Below, piece after piece: positions 1 through 8,574 of a stretch of 64,000 nucleotides of DNA (position 1 is its first letter; each line of letters begins with the position of its first letter). The translations under genes and the position numbers were made by a program. A model generated the notes under the pieces. That model was not told the DNA's origin. It ran no database searches and saw only the letters and a program-made list of their open reading frames with translations. The stretch comes from Dehalococcoidia bacterium (GTDB lineage: Bacteria > Chloroflexota > Dehalococcoidia > Lucifugimonadales > UBA3495), in NCBI GenBank assembly GCA_963667675.1, contig OY763929.1:642-64641 (forward strand), in the 5' to 3' direction.

Positions 1-218
1 GCTTCGGGAGCCTCCGTAGCCTCCGGCTCAGGCGCGGGGGTGGCTGTTGCCTCGGGCGCAGCCGTTGCCGTCGCTTCGGGCGCGGCGGTGGCCTCGGGCG
101 CGGTGGTCGCCTCGGGCGCGGTGGTGGCGTCGCCGCCGCAGGCAACCGCTATCACCAGCAATAGCGCGGCCAGCATTGGCGCAAAGATCCCGAAGCTCAT
201 CCACGGTCGTTTCGACAT
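1..218 (-). CDS. Lipoprotein, N-terminal part only (gene continues past the left edge). Signal peptide plus Thr/Ala/Pro/Glu-rich linker, as in solute-binding lipoproteins.
   Basis: Reverse-strand ATG at 218 preceded by GGTGGAG. Translation is MSKRPWMSFGIFAPMLAALLLVIAVACGGDATTAPEATTAPEATAAPEATATAAPE..., with a lipobox-like AVAC. The frame stays open to position 1, so it is missing from the ORF track. Confidence 0.6.
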   Translation of the reverse strand, partial: MSKRPWMSFGIFAPMLAALLLVIAVACGGDATTAPEATTAPEATAAPEATATAAPEATATPAPEPEATEAPE

Positions 219-317
219 TGCTCCACCTCGATTTTTCAGCATATATGCCAAGATCGTTTGAACTTTGTGTTCCTACCCCAACCTCAGCCGGGGCAGGATA
301 ACCCAACTGTTCCCGAC

Positions 318-346
318 AATGTATGGATTGCCCCGTGACTTGTCAA
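318..346 (-). promoter_or_regulatory. Sigma70-like promoter for the lipoprotein gene
   Basis: Reverse strand reads TTGACA-N17-TACATT, about 95 nt upstream of the ATG at 218. Confidence 0.5.
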
Positions 347-371
347 GCAGCGAACACGGCGCTCTGCCGCT

Positions 372-2126
372 CTAGCGGGCTCCTTGGTGCAGCGGGCCGC
401 GAAGGACCTGCCCGGGCAGGGCCCCGGTGTGCTCCCCGTCCTCCAGCAGCGCCTCGCCATTGACGATGACGTAGTTGATGCCGGCGGCGCCCTGCTGCAC
501 GTGCATCTCGCCGCCGGGGAATTCATAAATGGGCTTCCGGGGCGCGGCGGCAATGGTATCGGGGTCGAATATGGTGATATCGGCGGCCTTTCCCGGGGCG
601 ATGAAGCCGCGGTCGTGAAGGTCGTGCATCATGGCGGTCTTCCCGGTCATGCGGTAGACCGCGTCTTCCAGGGACATAATTCCCTTTTCCCGCACCCAGT
701 AGCTCAGCAGGTGGGTGCTGTAGTCGGTGCGGTCGCCCTTGTCCGGCCGGGCGCCGCCGTCGGTGGTGCCGATGACCGTGTACGGCGAGCCCATGATCTG
801 TCTCTGGGACTCGGGGTCGGTATTCCGGTCGATGACCATGAAGCTGGTCCGGAGATCATCGTCCAGGGCCAGATCGAGGAGGGCTTCGGCGACGCCCTTG
901 CCCTGTTCCCCGGCAATTTGCTCGACGCTCTTGCCGCCGAACTTCCTGTTTCTCTCTTCGTGGGCCATGTACACCTCGACCAGGTCCCAACGCCCGCTAA
1001 AGCTCATTCCCTGTCCAGCGGATTGGCCTCCGTTACCTTCGGCCTCTGCGCTCAATAGCCGGCGTACCTCCGAATCCTGGAAAGACCGGATCCTCTCCTC
1101 CACCGGCTGGGCCATTACCGAGTTCCAGGTCGGCATACCCTGGAACACCATGGAAGGGCTGATCATGTCCTCGTCCTCCAGGCCTCCGAACCCCGACCTC
1201 AAGTCGAAGATGGGTCCTGCGATGGCAGACAAGCACGAGGCATAAGCCCTGGCCCCTGACCTCCAAGACTGTTCCAACCATTGCAAATGCTCTTTCCAGT
1301 CGTCAGGGTTAATCAACTCCTGGGAAATGAGGTTGTACATAGCTGGGCGGCCGGTCCTGCGGGACAACTCCTCGGCGATCCTGGCCGGCCCCAGGAAGTC
1401 GCCCAGGGCGCCGCCGCTCACCTGGAAAACCCCGGTGCCGACTTCGCCCAGCACGCTGCCCAGGGCGTACCACTCCTCTGCGCCCGCCACGGAGGACGGG
1501 ACCAGAACGTTAAAGAACTCTACTCCGTGATCGGCGAAATTGGCAATGCTGAAGCCCAGGGCCCCCGCCAGCATCCCTTCCCGGACCAGTCCCCTCATCG
1601 CTTCGATTTCCTCTGGGGTAGCCAGCCGGTCGTGGCAGGCATCGCCCATTACGTAGCGCCGTACCGCGGAGTGCCCGATCAGCGCGCCAACGTTGATGCC
1701 GCGGTTTCGCCCGATGGCATCGAGGTACTCCGGGATGGACTCCCAGGCGAAATCCACTCCCTTCTGCTGTGAGCTCATAGGCACGCCTTCCATTTTCTCG
1801 AAAAGGTCCAAGTACCAGTCGCCGTCACCCGGCCGAGTGGGGGCGATGGTGGTCCCGCATTGCCCCACTACGATGGACGTATTGCCGTTTAGCGACGTGG
1901 ACTTGACTATGGGGTCCCACATACACTGGGGGTCAAAGTGGGTGTGGTGGTCAATAAAGCCGGGCGCAACCACCAGGCCATCCGCGTTGATGACACGGGC
2001 GGCGGTTTCGTTGAACTTGCCGACTCCTACTATCTGGCCATTGGTCACTGCGACGTCCGCGTAGAACCAGGGTTCACCCGAACCGTCTACTACCCGCCCG
2101 TTCTTTATCAACAGGTCATACGCCAT
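372..2126 (-). CDS. N-acyl-D-amino-acid deacylase (D-aminoacylase) family amidohydrolase
   Basis: 584-aa ORF. N-terminus MAYDLLIKNGRVVDGSG...PGFIDHHTHFD is typical of this family. RBS GAGGGAG. Shorter paralog at 33209-34567. Confidence 0.85.
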   Translation of the reverse strand: MAYDLLIKNGRVVDGSGEPWFYADVAVTNGQIVGVGKFNETAARVINADGLVVAPGFIDHHTHFDPQCMWDPIVKSTSLNGNTSIVVGQCGTTIAPTRPGDGDWYLDLFEKMEGVPMSSQQKGVDFAWESIPEYLDAIGRNRGINVGALIGHSAVRRYVMGDACHDRLATPEEIEAMRGLVREGMLAGALGFSIANFADHGVEFFNVLVPSSVAGAEEWYALGSVLGEVGTGVFQVSGGALGDFLGPARIAEELSRRTGRPAMYNLISQELINPDDWKEHLQWLEQSWRSGARAYASCLSAIAGPIFDLRSGFGGLEDEDMISPSMVFQGMPTWNSVMAQPVEERIRSFQDSEVRRLLSAEAEGNGGQSAGQGMSFSGRWDLVEVYMAHEERNRKFGGKSVEQIAGEQGKGVAEALLDLALDDDLRTSFMVIDRNTDPESQRQIMGSPYTVIGTTDGGARPDKGDRTDYSTHLLSYWVREKGIMSLEDAVYRMTGKTAMMHDLHDRGFIAPGKAADITIFDPDTIAAAPRKPIYEFPGGEMHVQQGAAGINYVIVNGEALLEDGEHTGALPGQVLRGPLHQGAR

Positions 2127-2226
2127 TACGATACTCCCTCATTTGCTCTGGATAATGCGGAGCCAAGCCGTTACCCCCGGATGGCCTCCGGCACTCTCAT
2201 CAACGCGCCATTCCGGGACGACAAAT

Positions 2227-2255
2227 ACTATAGCATCGAATATCGAAGTTATCAA
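2227..2255 (-). promoter_or_regulatory. Sigma70-like promoter for the D-aminoacylase gene
   Basis: Reverse strand reads TTGATA-N17-TATAGT. It leaves a leader of about 95 nt before the ATG at 2126. Confidence 0.55.
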
Positions 2256-2360
2256 ATTCCTCCAACTTGCAGCAGATACACCTCATAAGGCGCCGAGGAA
2301 ATTTCGCCGGCTGGGGATGATTCCGCTGGAGGTGGCCGCCCCCTGAAGTCGTTTACATAC

Positions 2361-3644
2361 TTATTCAGTTAACCTCAAAGGAACAAAGGACTGCTCGTCG
2401 TCGTCGCTCTCGGCTCGGATAGCTTCGACCATTTCTTCCTTGAACGCCGCCAGCAACTCGTCGCTGACCACACCGCCGGCTGCCACGGCCTTTTTCTTGA
2501 AGTTTTCGAACGTCCACTGGGTCGCGGTCCCCCGGGGCATTTCTTCGAAGAAGTCACGATCGAACACCGGCATCTCGCCGGGGCCGAAGTAGCCTTTGCC
2601 CTCCAAGGTGTAGCCTTCCAGGTCGTGGGTGCCCTTGCCCAGGACCTGCCCGGTCTGCACGTAATGCTCCATGACGTTCTTCATGCCGTACTTCTGGATG
2701 GGGCACACCTTCATGCAGATGCCGCAGCTCATGTAGCGGGCCATGACCGGACGGCAACGTCTCATGTAGACCTTGTTCTTTTCTACACCCCGCCACCAGA
2801 TCTTGTCGCGCATCAAGGCGCGGCCGGGACAGCGGTTGACGCATACCTGGCACACCTGGCAAAAGGCGTGTATGCCGTAGTCGATTGGCTGGTCATAGGT
2901 GACCTTGGCGTCGGTGGCGATTATCATCAACCGGTTCCTGTTGCCTTCGTGGGGAGTAAGCAGGTACCCGCAGGCGCCCAACTGTCCCAACCCGGCGGCG
3001 ACGAACATGGGAATCATCGCTCCCGGTGCGTCGTTGGAGTGGATGACGTGGGCGCGGTATCCCAGGGAGCGGATGAATGTCCCCAACTCCAGCCCTGCGG
3101 CAGTCTGGCTGCGGTAGGCGCCGGTGTAGACGATCTCGGCATCTATGCTGGGGATGGTCTGTGTGGACTCGAAGTCCTGTTGGTAGGCCAGGCAGATGGC
3201 GGTGGGAAGGTGAGTAAAGCCCCGCTTGTGCTTGAACTCGTAACGGGGGTCATAGGCGGTGAAGCCCACCTCGATGTAACCCACTTGCCTCGCCTTGTCC
3301 TTGATCAGCTGGGTGACATCCTCGCCGGTGGGTTCGGCAGTCGGCTCCATGTCGGCAGTCTCCCGTCCAGCGAGCACCAATTCGCGGTCAACCCTGCTGT
3401 GCTCCAGGAAGATTTCCCACGCCTGGGCGTGTTGTTTCTTCATTTCGACAAACTGCCAGTCCTGAGCGGCCTGCTGTGTATAGTCCTGCATTTCCTCGGG
3501 GTGCTCCCTGGCGTACCAGTCGACTTCCCGGTCGTTGGTTGGTATGCCGGGCACCGTCTCCAACTCTTCCGCAACGGGAATGGTTACCGGCTTGTCGCCA
3601 TAACGCTTGCCGGGCCTGACGACCTCGTGGCCTATTTTCAACAT
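2361..3644 (-). CDS. RdhA/QueG-superfamily (reductive dehalogenase / epoxyqueuosine reductase-like) Fe-S protein, cytoplasmic type, copy 1
   Basis: 427 aa. Core AGLGQLGACGYLLTPHEGNRNRLMII...FCQVCQVCVNRCP (CxxCxxCxxxCP) plus CRPVMARYMSCGICMKVCP. No Tat RR motif or TM segment. RBS GGAGGAGG. Paralogs at 8575-9852 and 12775-14064. Confidence 0.75.
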   Translation of the reverse strand: MLKIGHEVVRPGKRYGDKPVTIPVAEELETVPGIPTNDREVDWYAREHPEEMQDYTQQAAQDWQFVEMKKQHAQAWEIFLEHSRVDRELVLAGRETADMEPTAEPTGEDVTQLIKDKARQVGYIEVGFTAYDPRYEFKHKRGFTHLPTAICLAYQQDFESTQTIPSIDAEIVYTGAYRSQTAAGLELGTFIRSLGYRAHVIHSNDAPGAMIPMFVAAGLGQLGACGYLLTPHEGNRNRLMIIATDAKVTYDQPIDYGIHAFCQVCQVCVNRCPGRALMRDKIWWRGVEKNKVYMRRCRPVMARYMSCGICMKVCPIQKYGMKNVMEHYVQTGQVLGKGTHDLEGYTLEGKGYFGPGEMPVFDRDFFEEMPRGTATQWTFENFKKKAVAAGGVVSDELLAAFKEEMVEAIRAESDDDEQSFVPLRLTE

Positions 3645-3696
3645 GTCAGGTCCTCCTCCAGGCCCTTAGCATACGTCAACGGGAAGTGTAACTCCA

Positions 3697-3744
3697 AGGA
3701 TAATTCCTAGGCGGATTATAGCGGTCACACGCTGACAACGGCAA
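3697..3744 (-). promoter_or_regulatory. Promoter region of RdhA-like copy 1 (two candidate -10 boxes)
   Basis: Reverse strand reads TTGCCG-N18-TATAAT (3715-3744), plus a TATCCT box at 3697-3702. That box lies 9 nt upstream of the motif ACTTCCCGT, exactly as in copy 2. Confidence 0.45.
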
Positions 3745-3774
3745 TATTCCCGGCGACGCGTCGAGGCCGCATCA

Positions 3775-4548
3775 TCAGGCGAACACTTTGTTTCCCACAA
3801 AGGGCTCCACGGCGTCTTTCACATACCCGGCCAGGCCCTTGAGGGTCTCGGCGACGCTGCGGGGGACAGGTATTTTGGTCATAATAAAGATGAAGAAGAG
3901 CTCCCCCGATGACAACAAACCGCCGAACCCCAGCAACGACTTGAGGTCATACTGGACTACGAATTCCCCCGCATATTGGGCCATCCCCTCGAAGATCTCC
4001 TTGTTTCGCTCTGGAACCGATACGTTCTGAACAGCCATCTCCGGGCTGCCCTGGGCTTCGGGCACGTAGAAGGGGTTAAGTGACACGTTGCCGGCCAGTG
4101 CAGGGTCCGGCCGCATCACTGCGCTGAGGTCTATGCCGAACTGGTGAATCGCCGGGCTGAGCATGGGAATGCCCGAAGCCAACTCGGCGCTGGCCAATGG
4201 AAGCGCTTGGTGGATTTTCGAGTAGGCCCGGTCATTAGCCTCAAATATATCCCCGGCGGTGCCCAATAGACACAGGCAGTGCAGGCCGTCGGATGTAACG
4301 GTGGGACCAAAGATGTCTCGAGCGAACGCCTGCAGTTCTGCGTCGAGTTGGTCGTATGGGTGGGTCTTGTAGAACCTCACCAACGCGGTGGTAGTCTCGC
4401 CGGTTGCCGGGTCGAGGATATTCTCGTAGAGCACTCTAACCATGCTATAGGTCGCCTCTTCCATGCTGGACGCCCCGGACGCCGCCGACAGCAGAGCTTC
4501 TCCGCAATTAGCCACGTCCGCTTCGGTAAAATTGGCAAGGTCGTACAT
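3775..4548 (-). CDS. Hypothetical protein, orphan family (C-terminal half weakly GAF-like), copy 1
   Basis: Start set at MYDLANFTEADV by alignment to the paralog at 24993-25724 (MYEFAKLTESDV) and the RBS AAGGAGAA. The ORF-track start at 4689 is probably an upstream extension. Confidence 0.6.
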   Translation of the reverse strand: MYDLANFTEADVANCGEALLSAASGASSMEEATYSMVRVLYENILDPATGETTTALVRFYKTHPYDQLDAELQAFARDIFGPTVTSDGLHCLCLLGTAGDIFEANDRAYSKIHQALPLASAELASGIPMLSPAIHQFGIDLSAVMRPDPALAGNVSLNPFYVPEAQGSPEMAVQNVSVPERNKEIFEGMAQYAGEFVVQYDLKSLLGFGGLLSSGELFFIFIMTKIPVPRSVAETLKGLAGYVKDAVEPFVGNKVFA

Positions 4549-4656
4549 CGCGTTTCTCCTTTCCGAGGCCGCAGGCGCTGCGGTCCCTCCAAGGCAGATA
4601 TTTTGCAAAAGGGTCCCGTTCAAGAGACGCCGGCGCCAGGCCTCGGCAGAGGCCCC

Positions 4657-4695
4657 TGAATAAACAGCAGGCGCCTCCGTAAGAAACACCTGCTG
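4657..4695 (-). terminator. Candidate terminator after the amidohydrolase gene
   Basis: 9-bp stem with one G-U pair (4665-4673 with 4687-4695), followed on the minus strand by TTTATTC. Confidence 0.4.
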
Positions 4696-4739
4696 AGTGA
4701 GAACATGCTATGGGCTGGGCCGGGCGGCCCGGCCCGGAG

Positions 4740-5849
4740 CTAGTTCAGGTTGTACACCCTGGCGGCGTTCCCGCCGCATATCTTGGCCTTGTCCTCTTCC
4801 GAACAGTCCGCCAGAAGGTGCCCCAGTATCTCCTGGCTCCTGGGGAAGGTGGACTCCAGGTGGGGATAGTCCGCGCCCCACATCAACGTGTCTACGCCGA
4901 TGCGGTGCCGCTGCTCCAGGCCGATTATGTCTTCCTGAAAGCCCAGGAAGCAGTTGCTGCGGAAGAAGTCGCTGGGCATGGCGTCGCTCTTGAACCTCTT
5001 GCCCGCCAGCTCCTTGGCCAGTTGGGTGTAGCAGAAGTCTGCCCGCACCAGCCAGTGCAGGGCCCAGGCTACCTCGTGCTCCACCGAGCCGGCGTACAGA
5101 CCCGGATACCGCTCGAAAACGCCGCCGAAGATCATCGCTCCCAGCGACATCCGCACCCAGTGGTCCATGTTGGTTATGGCGTTCGGCCCCAGGTCGTCCA
5201 TGTGCGAATGTTCCAGGCGCTCGGTGCCCACGTGCAGGCTGATGGGCAGCCCCGCGGCCTGGGCGGCCGCCCAAAGGGGCTCGTACTCCGGCTTGTCGTA
5301 CGCCCGCCCCGGCGGGGGAGACGTGGGGATCATCACTCCCGTATACCCCATCTTGGCGCAGCGTTCCAACTCTTTTACGGCGTCCCCCACGTCGTCGACG
5401 TTCAGCATCGCGATGCCCTTGAGCCTGTCCGGGTACTCGCCGAAGAATTCCGCAACCCAATCGTTGTAGGTCCTCATCAGGGAGCTCACCAGGTCGCTGC
5501 CCTGTATGCCGTAGACTATCAGGCCAGTGGTGGGATAGAGGAAACTCATGTCAATCCCATCGGCGTCCATGTCCTTGACATGCTCCGTGGGAATGTATCC
5601 CCCGGGACGTATGTCCTCTTTCCTGGCGTCCATCGTCTGCGCTCCGGGGTCTTCGAACCTCATCCCTATCTGGGCGCCCCCGGCGCTGACGTCGATTAAC
5701 CTCCGTCCCTGGCAGACCCACCAGTCGCCGTCTTCGAACCGCTCGATGTAGGGCATGCCCTCGCTGAACTTGGACTCGCCTCTGCTGGTCCACAGGTCCG
5801 GCGGCTCGACAACGTGGTTGTCCGAAGAAATGATCTTATAGTTGGGCAT
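4740..5849 (-). CDS. Amidohydrolase-2 family metal-dependent hydrolase/decarboxylase
   Basis: Start moved to MPNYKIISSDNHVVEPPDLW (RBS GGAGG). A promoter lies inside the longer ORF-track version. Family-typical N-terminal D-x-H and a C-terminal ...CGGNAARVYNL. Confidence 0.8.
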   Translation of the reverse strand: MPNYKIISSDNHVVEPPDLWTSRGESKFSEGMPYIERFEDGDWWVCQGRRLIDVSAGGAQIGMRFEDPGAQTMDARKEDIRPGGYIPTEHVKDMDADGIDMSFLYPTTGLIVYGIQGSDLVSSLMRTYNDWVAEFFGEYPDRLKGIAMLNVDDVGDAVKELERCAKMGYTGVMIPTSPPPGRAYDKPEYEPLWAAAQAAGLPISLHVGTERLEHSHMDDLGPNAITNMDHWVRMSLGAMIFGGVFERYPGLYAGSVEHEVAWALHWLVRADFCYTQLAKELAGKRFKSDAMPSDFFRSNCFLGFQEDIIGLEQRHRIGVDTLMWGADYPHLESTFPRSQEILGHLLADCSEEDKAKICGGNAARVYNLN

Positions 5850-5964
5850 TACTAACCTCCGGCTATCGCTTGCAGCGTAACTTTCTGGCGGCATATCCCG
5901 TTGCTTGGGTTCAAGAGTACTGGCTCTAAGGCCACAACGGATCTGCCGCATGTTTGGCACGGGT

Positions 5965-5993
5965 ATTGTGCTACAGACGCAGTTATGTGTCAA
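5965..5993 (-). promoter_or_regulatory. Candidate promoter for amidohydrolase 4740-5849
   Basis: Reverse strand reads TTGACA-N17-CACAAT. Confidence 0.4.
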
Positions 5994-6140
5994 TATATCT
6001 TCGTAGAGCCGGTGTTCCCGGATACAGGCTTCGGCTAAAGGCCCCGCATGGCGGCGCCACATTGCAGCCGGACATCTCGTTCCCGTTGCCGGGTCCGCCC
6101 AACGAATCTCTCAGGCTGATACGGTTGCCGCCGGCAGAAA

Positions 6141-6168
6141 TTGCTGGCGGCGCCATTGGGGGTATAAT
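6141..6168 (+). promoter_or_regulatory. Candidate promoter for amidohydrolase 6270-7394
   Basis: TTGCTG-N16-TATAAT. The -35 region overlaps an imperfect 10-bp inverted repeat (6127-6136 with 6142-6151). Confidence 0.4.
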
Positions 6169-6269
6169 CGCCTGGCATAACCGGCGGCGAAGGGCAACGC
6201 CTGAAGACCCCCATGAGGCCCTCGCAATTGCGCGGGGTCGTAGATAGAGCGGCAGTAGGAGACGCATCA

Positions 6270-7394
6270 ATGTCGAGAGACGGATTCAAAGTAATGGACT
6301 CCGACATGCACATCATGGAGCCCGTGGACCTGTGGGACCGGTACATGGAGCCGGCCTATCGGGGCCGCTTGCAGGGCCAGGACCGGTTTAATCGCGATTT
6401 TGGCCTCACCATGGACGGCCAAATGCTTCAATACACCGGACCGGTCTCCACCCTGCTCATGGAGGGGACGGCCCGGGAACGCGAACAGACGGCTCCCACC
6501 TACCGGGATGCCCACGATCACGGCTGGGACCCCGGTTCCCAGATAAGGGCCATGGACAAAGAAGGCATAGACGTAGCTGTCCTGTACCCTACCAGGGGAC
6601 TGTTCTCAGCGGCCGTGGATAGCGCGGGCGGCATGAGTCCCGAACTGGCCGCCGCAGCCGGCCGGGCCTACAACAACTGGATGTTCGACTTCTGCAAAGA
6701 CCATCCCGGCCGCCTCTACGGCGCCGGCTACATTGCGCCCCACGACGTGGCGGCCGCCGTGTCCGAGGTCCGCCGCTCCGTGGAGGAACTGGGCTTCAAG
6801 GCCGCCTTCATGCGGCCAGACATCATCAACGGCCGTCAATGGCATGACCCCTACTACGATCCCCTGTGGGCTGAGTGCCAGCGGCTGGGCATACCGGTGG
6901 GTTTCCACGCCGGCGGACGCCCGCCTATTCCCCAGGTGGGAGACCGGGAGTTTTCTTCCCTCATGCTGCACCACGTGTATTCCCACCCGGTTTCGATGAT
7001 GTTGGCCGCCGGCAGCTTCTGCGCCGGCGGAATCTTTGCGCGGTTCCCGGAACTCAAGGTGGCCTTCCTGGAGGGCAACTGCTCCTGGGCCCCCTGGCTG
7101 CTATGGCGCATGGACGAGCATTACGAGTGGAGAGGCTATGAGCACCCTGAACTGACCATGTTCCCCAGCGAGTACTTCAAGCGTCAGGGCTTTGTCTCCG
7201 TGGAGTGCGATGAATGGCCGGCCAAGTACGTCGACGACGCCGGATACAGCGACAACGTGGTCTTCTCCACCGACTACCCCCACACCGACTCCAAGTACCC
7301 CCACGCGGTGGAAGCCTTCCTGGCCCTGGACATGGACGAGGACAGCAAGCGCAAGTACCTGTGGGACAACTGCGCCCGCCTATACAACCTGTAG
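6270..7394 (+). CDS. Amidohydrolase-2 family metal-dependent hydrolase
   Basis: Start at MSRDGFKVMDSDMHIMEPVDLW (RBS AGGAG). Ends ...KYLWDNCARLYNL, like its divergent paralog. Confidence 0.8.
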   Translation: MSRDGFKVMDSDMHIMEPVDLWDRYMEPAYRGRLQGQDRFNRDFGLTMDGQMLQYTGPVSTLLMEGTAREREQTAPTYRDAHDHGWDPGSQIRAMDKEGIDVAVLYPTRGLFSAAVDSAGGMSPELAAAAGRAYNNWMFDFCKDHPGRLYGAGYIAPHDVAAAVSEVRRSVEELGFKAAFMRPDIINGRQWHDPYYDPLWAECQRLGIPVGFHAGGRPPIPQVGDREFSSLMLHHVYSHPVSMMLAAGSFCAGGIFARFPELKVAFLEGNCSWAPWLLWRMDEHYEWRGYEHPELTMFPSEYFKRQGFVSVECDEWPAKYVDDAGYSDNVVFSTDYPHTDSKYPHAVEAFLALDMDEDSKRKYLWDNCARLYNL

Positions 7395-7425
7395 GCGGGG
7401 CCAAAGGAGCTAGTTGCGGGTCAAC

Positions 7426-7465
7426 ACAAGCTGCCCGGCGTTGAGACTAACGCCGGGCAGCTTGT
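7426..7465. terminator. 17-bp perfect hairpin between convergent genes (terminator-like, no U tract)
   Basis: ACAAGCTGCCCGGCGTT gagact AACGCCGGGCAGCTTGT. Confidence 0.45.
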
Positions 7466-7526
7466 CATATCTAAGCAACTCCAGGAAACCGTACACGCGT
7501 TCCCAGGGCGTCGCCAACGGGGAAGA

Positions 7527-7985
7527 TTAGTCTGCGGAGACGGGTACTTCCTCGGGGACCGGCACCGCGTGCAGTAGCTGCGTCTTGGCCTTGATTATCT
7601 TGTCCCACGAGGCCTTGGACTCATCTATCAGGTCGATCATCAACCCGTCGGGTCCCTTGTATTTGCGGCCGATGGGCAGGCTGCCCGGACACTCTGTAGA
7701 GCCGCGTGCCTTGGCGGCGTCGACGGTCTCCTCCAGGCCGTCCACGTAGAACCCTATGTGGTGAACGCCCTCCACCGTCGAAGGTCCGTGGCCCAGGTTG
7801 GGGGCGTCCTGGCTGCCGTACTTGAGAATCGCAAAGTAAATGTAGCCGTCGGTCAGCCAGACGCCGTCGTCCCCGGTATCCCTGGGCCTCCGGTTCAGCT
7901 CCTGCAGTCCGAAGACCTCTTTGTAGAAGTCCGCGGTCCCGGCCGGGTCCGGGGTGTGTAGGGCAATGTGCTTTATGCGTGCCAT
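7527..7985 (-). CDS. VOC (glyoxalase/bleomycin resistance/dioxygenase) family protein, copy 1
   Basis: 152 aa starting MARIKHIALHTPDPAGTADFYKEVFG. Paralog at 19104-19562. Confidence 0.8.
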   Translation of the reverse strand: MARIKHIALHTPDPAGTADFYKEVFGLQELNRRPRDTGDDGVWLTDGYIYFAILKYGSQDAPNLGHGPSTVEGVHHIGFYVDGLEETVDAAKARGSTECPGSLPIGRKYKGPDGLMIDLIDESKASWDKIIKAKTQLLHAVPVPEEVPVSAD

Positions 7986-8097
7986 GACTCCTCCTTACGG
8001 GGCTCCAATTTGGTTGCTGGCTATCCCCCTATGCCAATGCATCCGGGTGAATGTCAATCAACTTCTCAGTGCAAAGGTCAGTGGTTCTGATCAAGGG

Positions 8098-8511
8098 TCA
8101 CAGTTCCACCAAGCCCAACTGCAGGAACCAGTCCAGCATGTCCACCGCCAACCATAACTCTATCAGCTTGCCGTCCTTATAGCGCTGCAGGCTCATGCCT
8201 TGAACGCGGACGCTCTTGCCGCTGGGCTGGTAACCGACCCACTCTCCCAGGTGAGTGCCCGTTGCGGTCCACATGGTAGCCACCAGGTCCCCCTCCGCAA
8301 CATGGGCGTCAATGTCGAAGTGCAGGTCCGGGAAGCCCGCCCGGTGAATCGAAATGGACTGCTGGATGCCGTCAAATGTGCCGGGAATGCCTACGGGAGG
8401 ATTGTGCACCACCAGGTCCCGGGAGACCAGTTCCGGGAAGACCGCTACGTTTCCCTGGTTCCATATCTCTTCGAACCAGCGCCGGTCTACAGCCTTGTTC
8501 TCCTCGGACAT
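8098..8511 (-). CDS. SnoaL-like / ester cyclase (NTF2-fold) protein
   Basis: 137 aa. RRWFEEIWNQGN...HNPP start is typical of ester cyclases. RBS GAGGAG. Confidence 0.7.
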   Translation of the reverse strand: MSEENKAVDRRWFEEIWNQGNVAVFPELVSRDLVVHNPPVGIPGTFDGIQQSISIHRAGFPDLHFDIDAHVAEGDLVATMWTATGTHLGEWVGYQPSGKSVRVQGMSLQRYKDGKLIELWLAVDMLDWFLQLGLVEL

Positions 8512-8574
8512 TGCGCTCCTCTTTCCTGTTGGCTCCCGTTTCCGTCCGGTCTCTGCCGCCGGCCCCGGTCAATG

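Noticed and set aside
28-306. Three overlapping ORF-track ORFs at the left edge (28-306 -, 40-261 +, 47-301 +)
   Set aside because: All are out of frame with the convincing lipoprotein reading frame (ATG at 218, minus strand). Their translations are Arg/Ala-rich low-complexity sequences typical of wrong frames in GC-rich repeats.
3645-3774. Possible cobalamin riboswitch upstream of the RdhA-like genes
   Set aside because: The predicted leaders are only about 50-65 nt, far too short for a cobalamin riboswitch. I saw no B12-box-like sequence.
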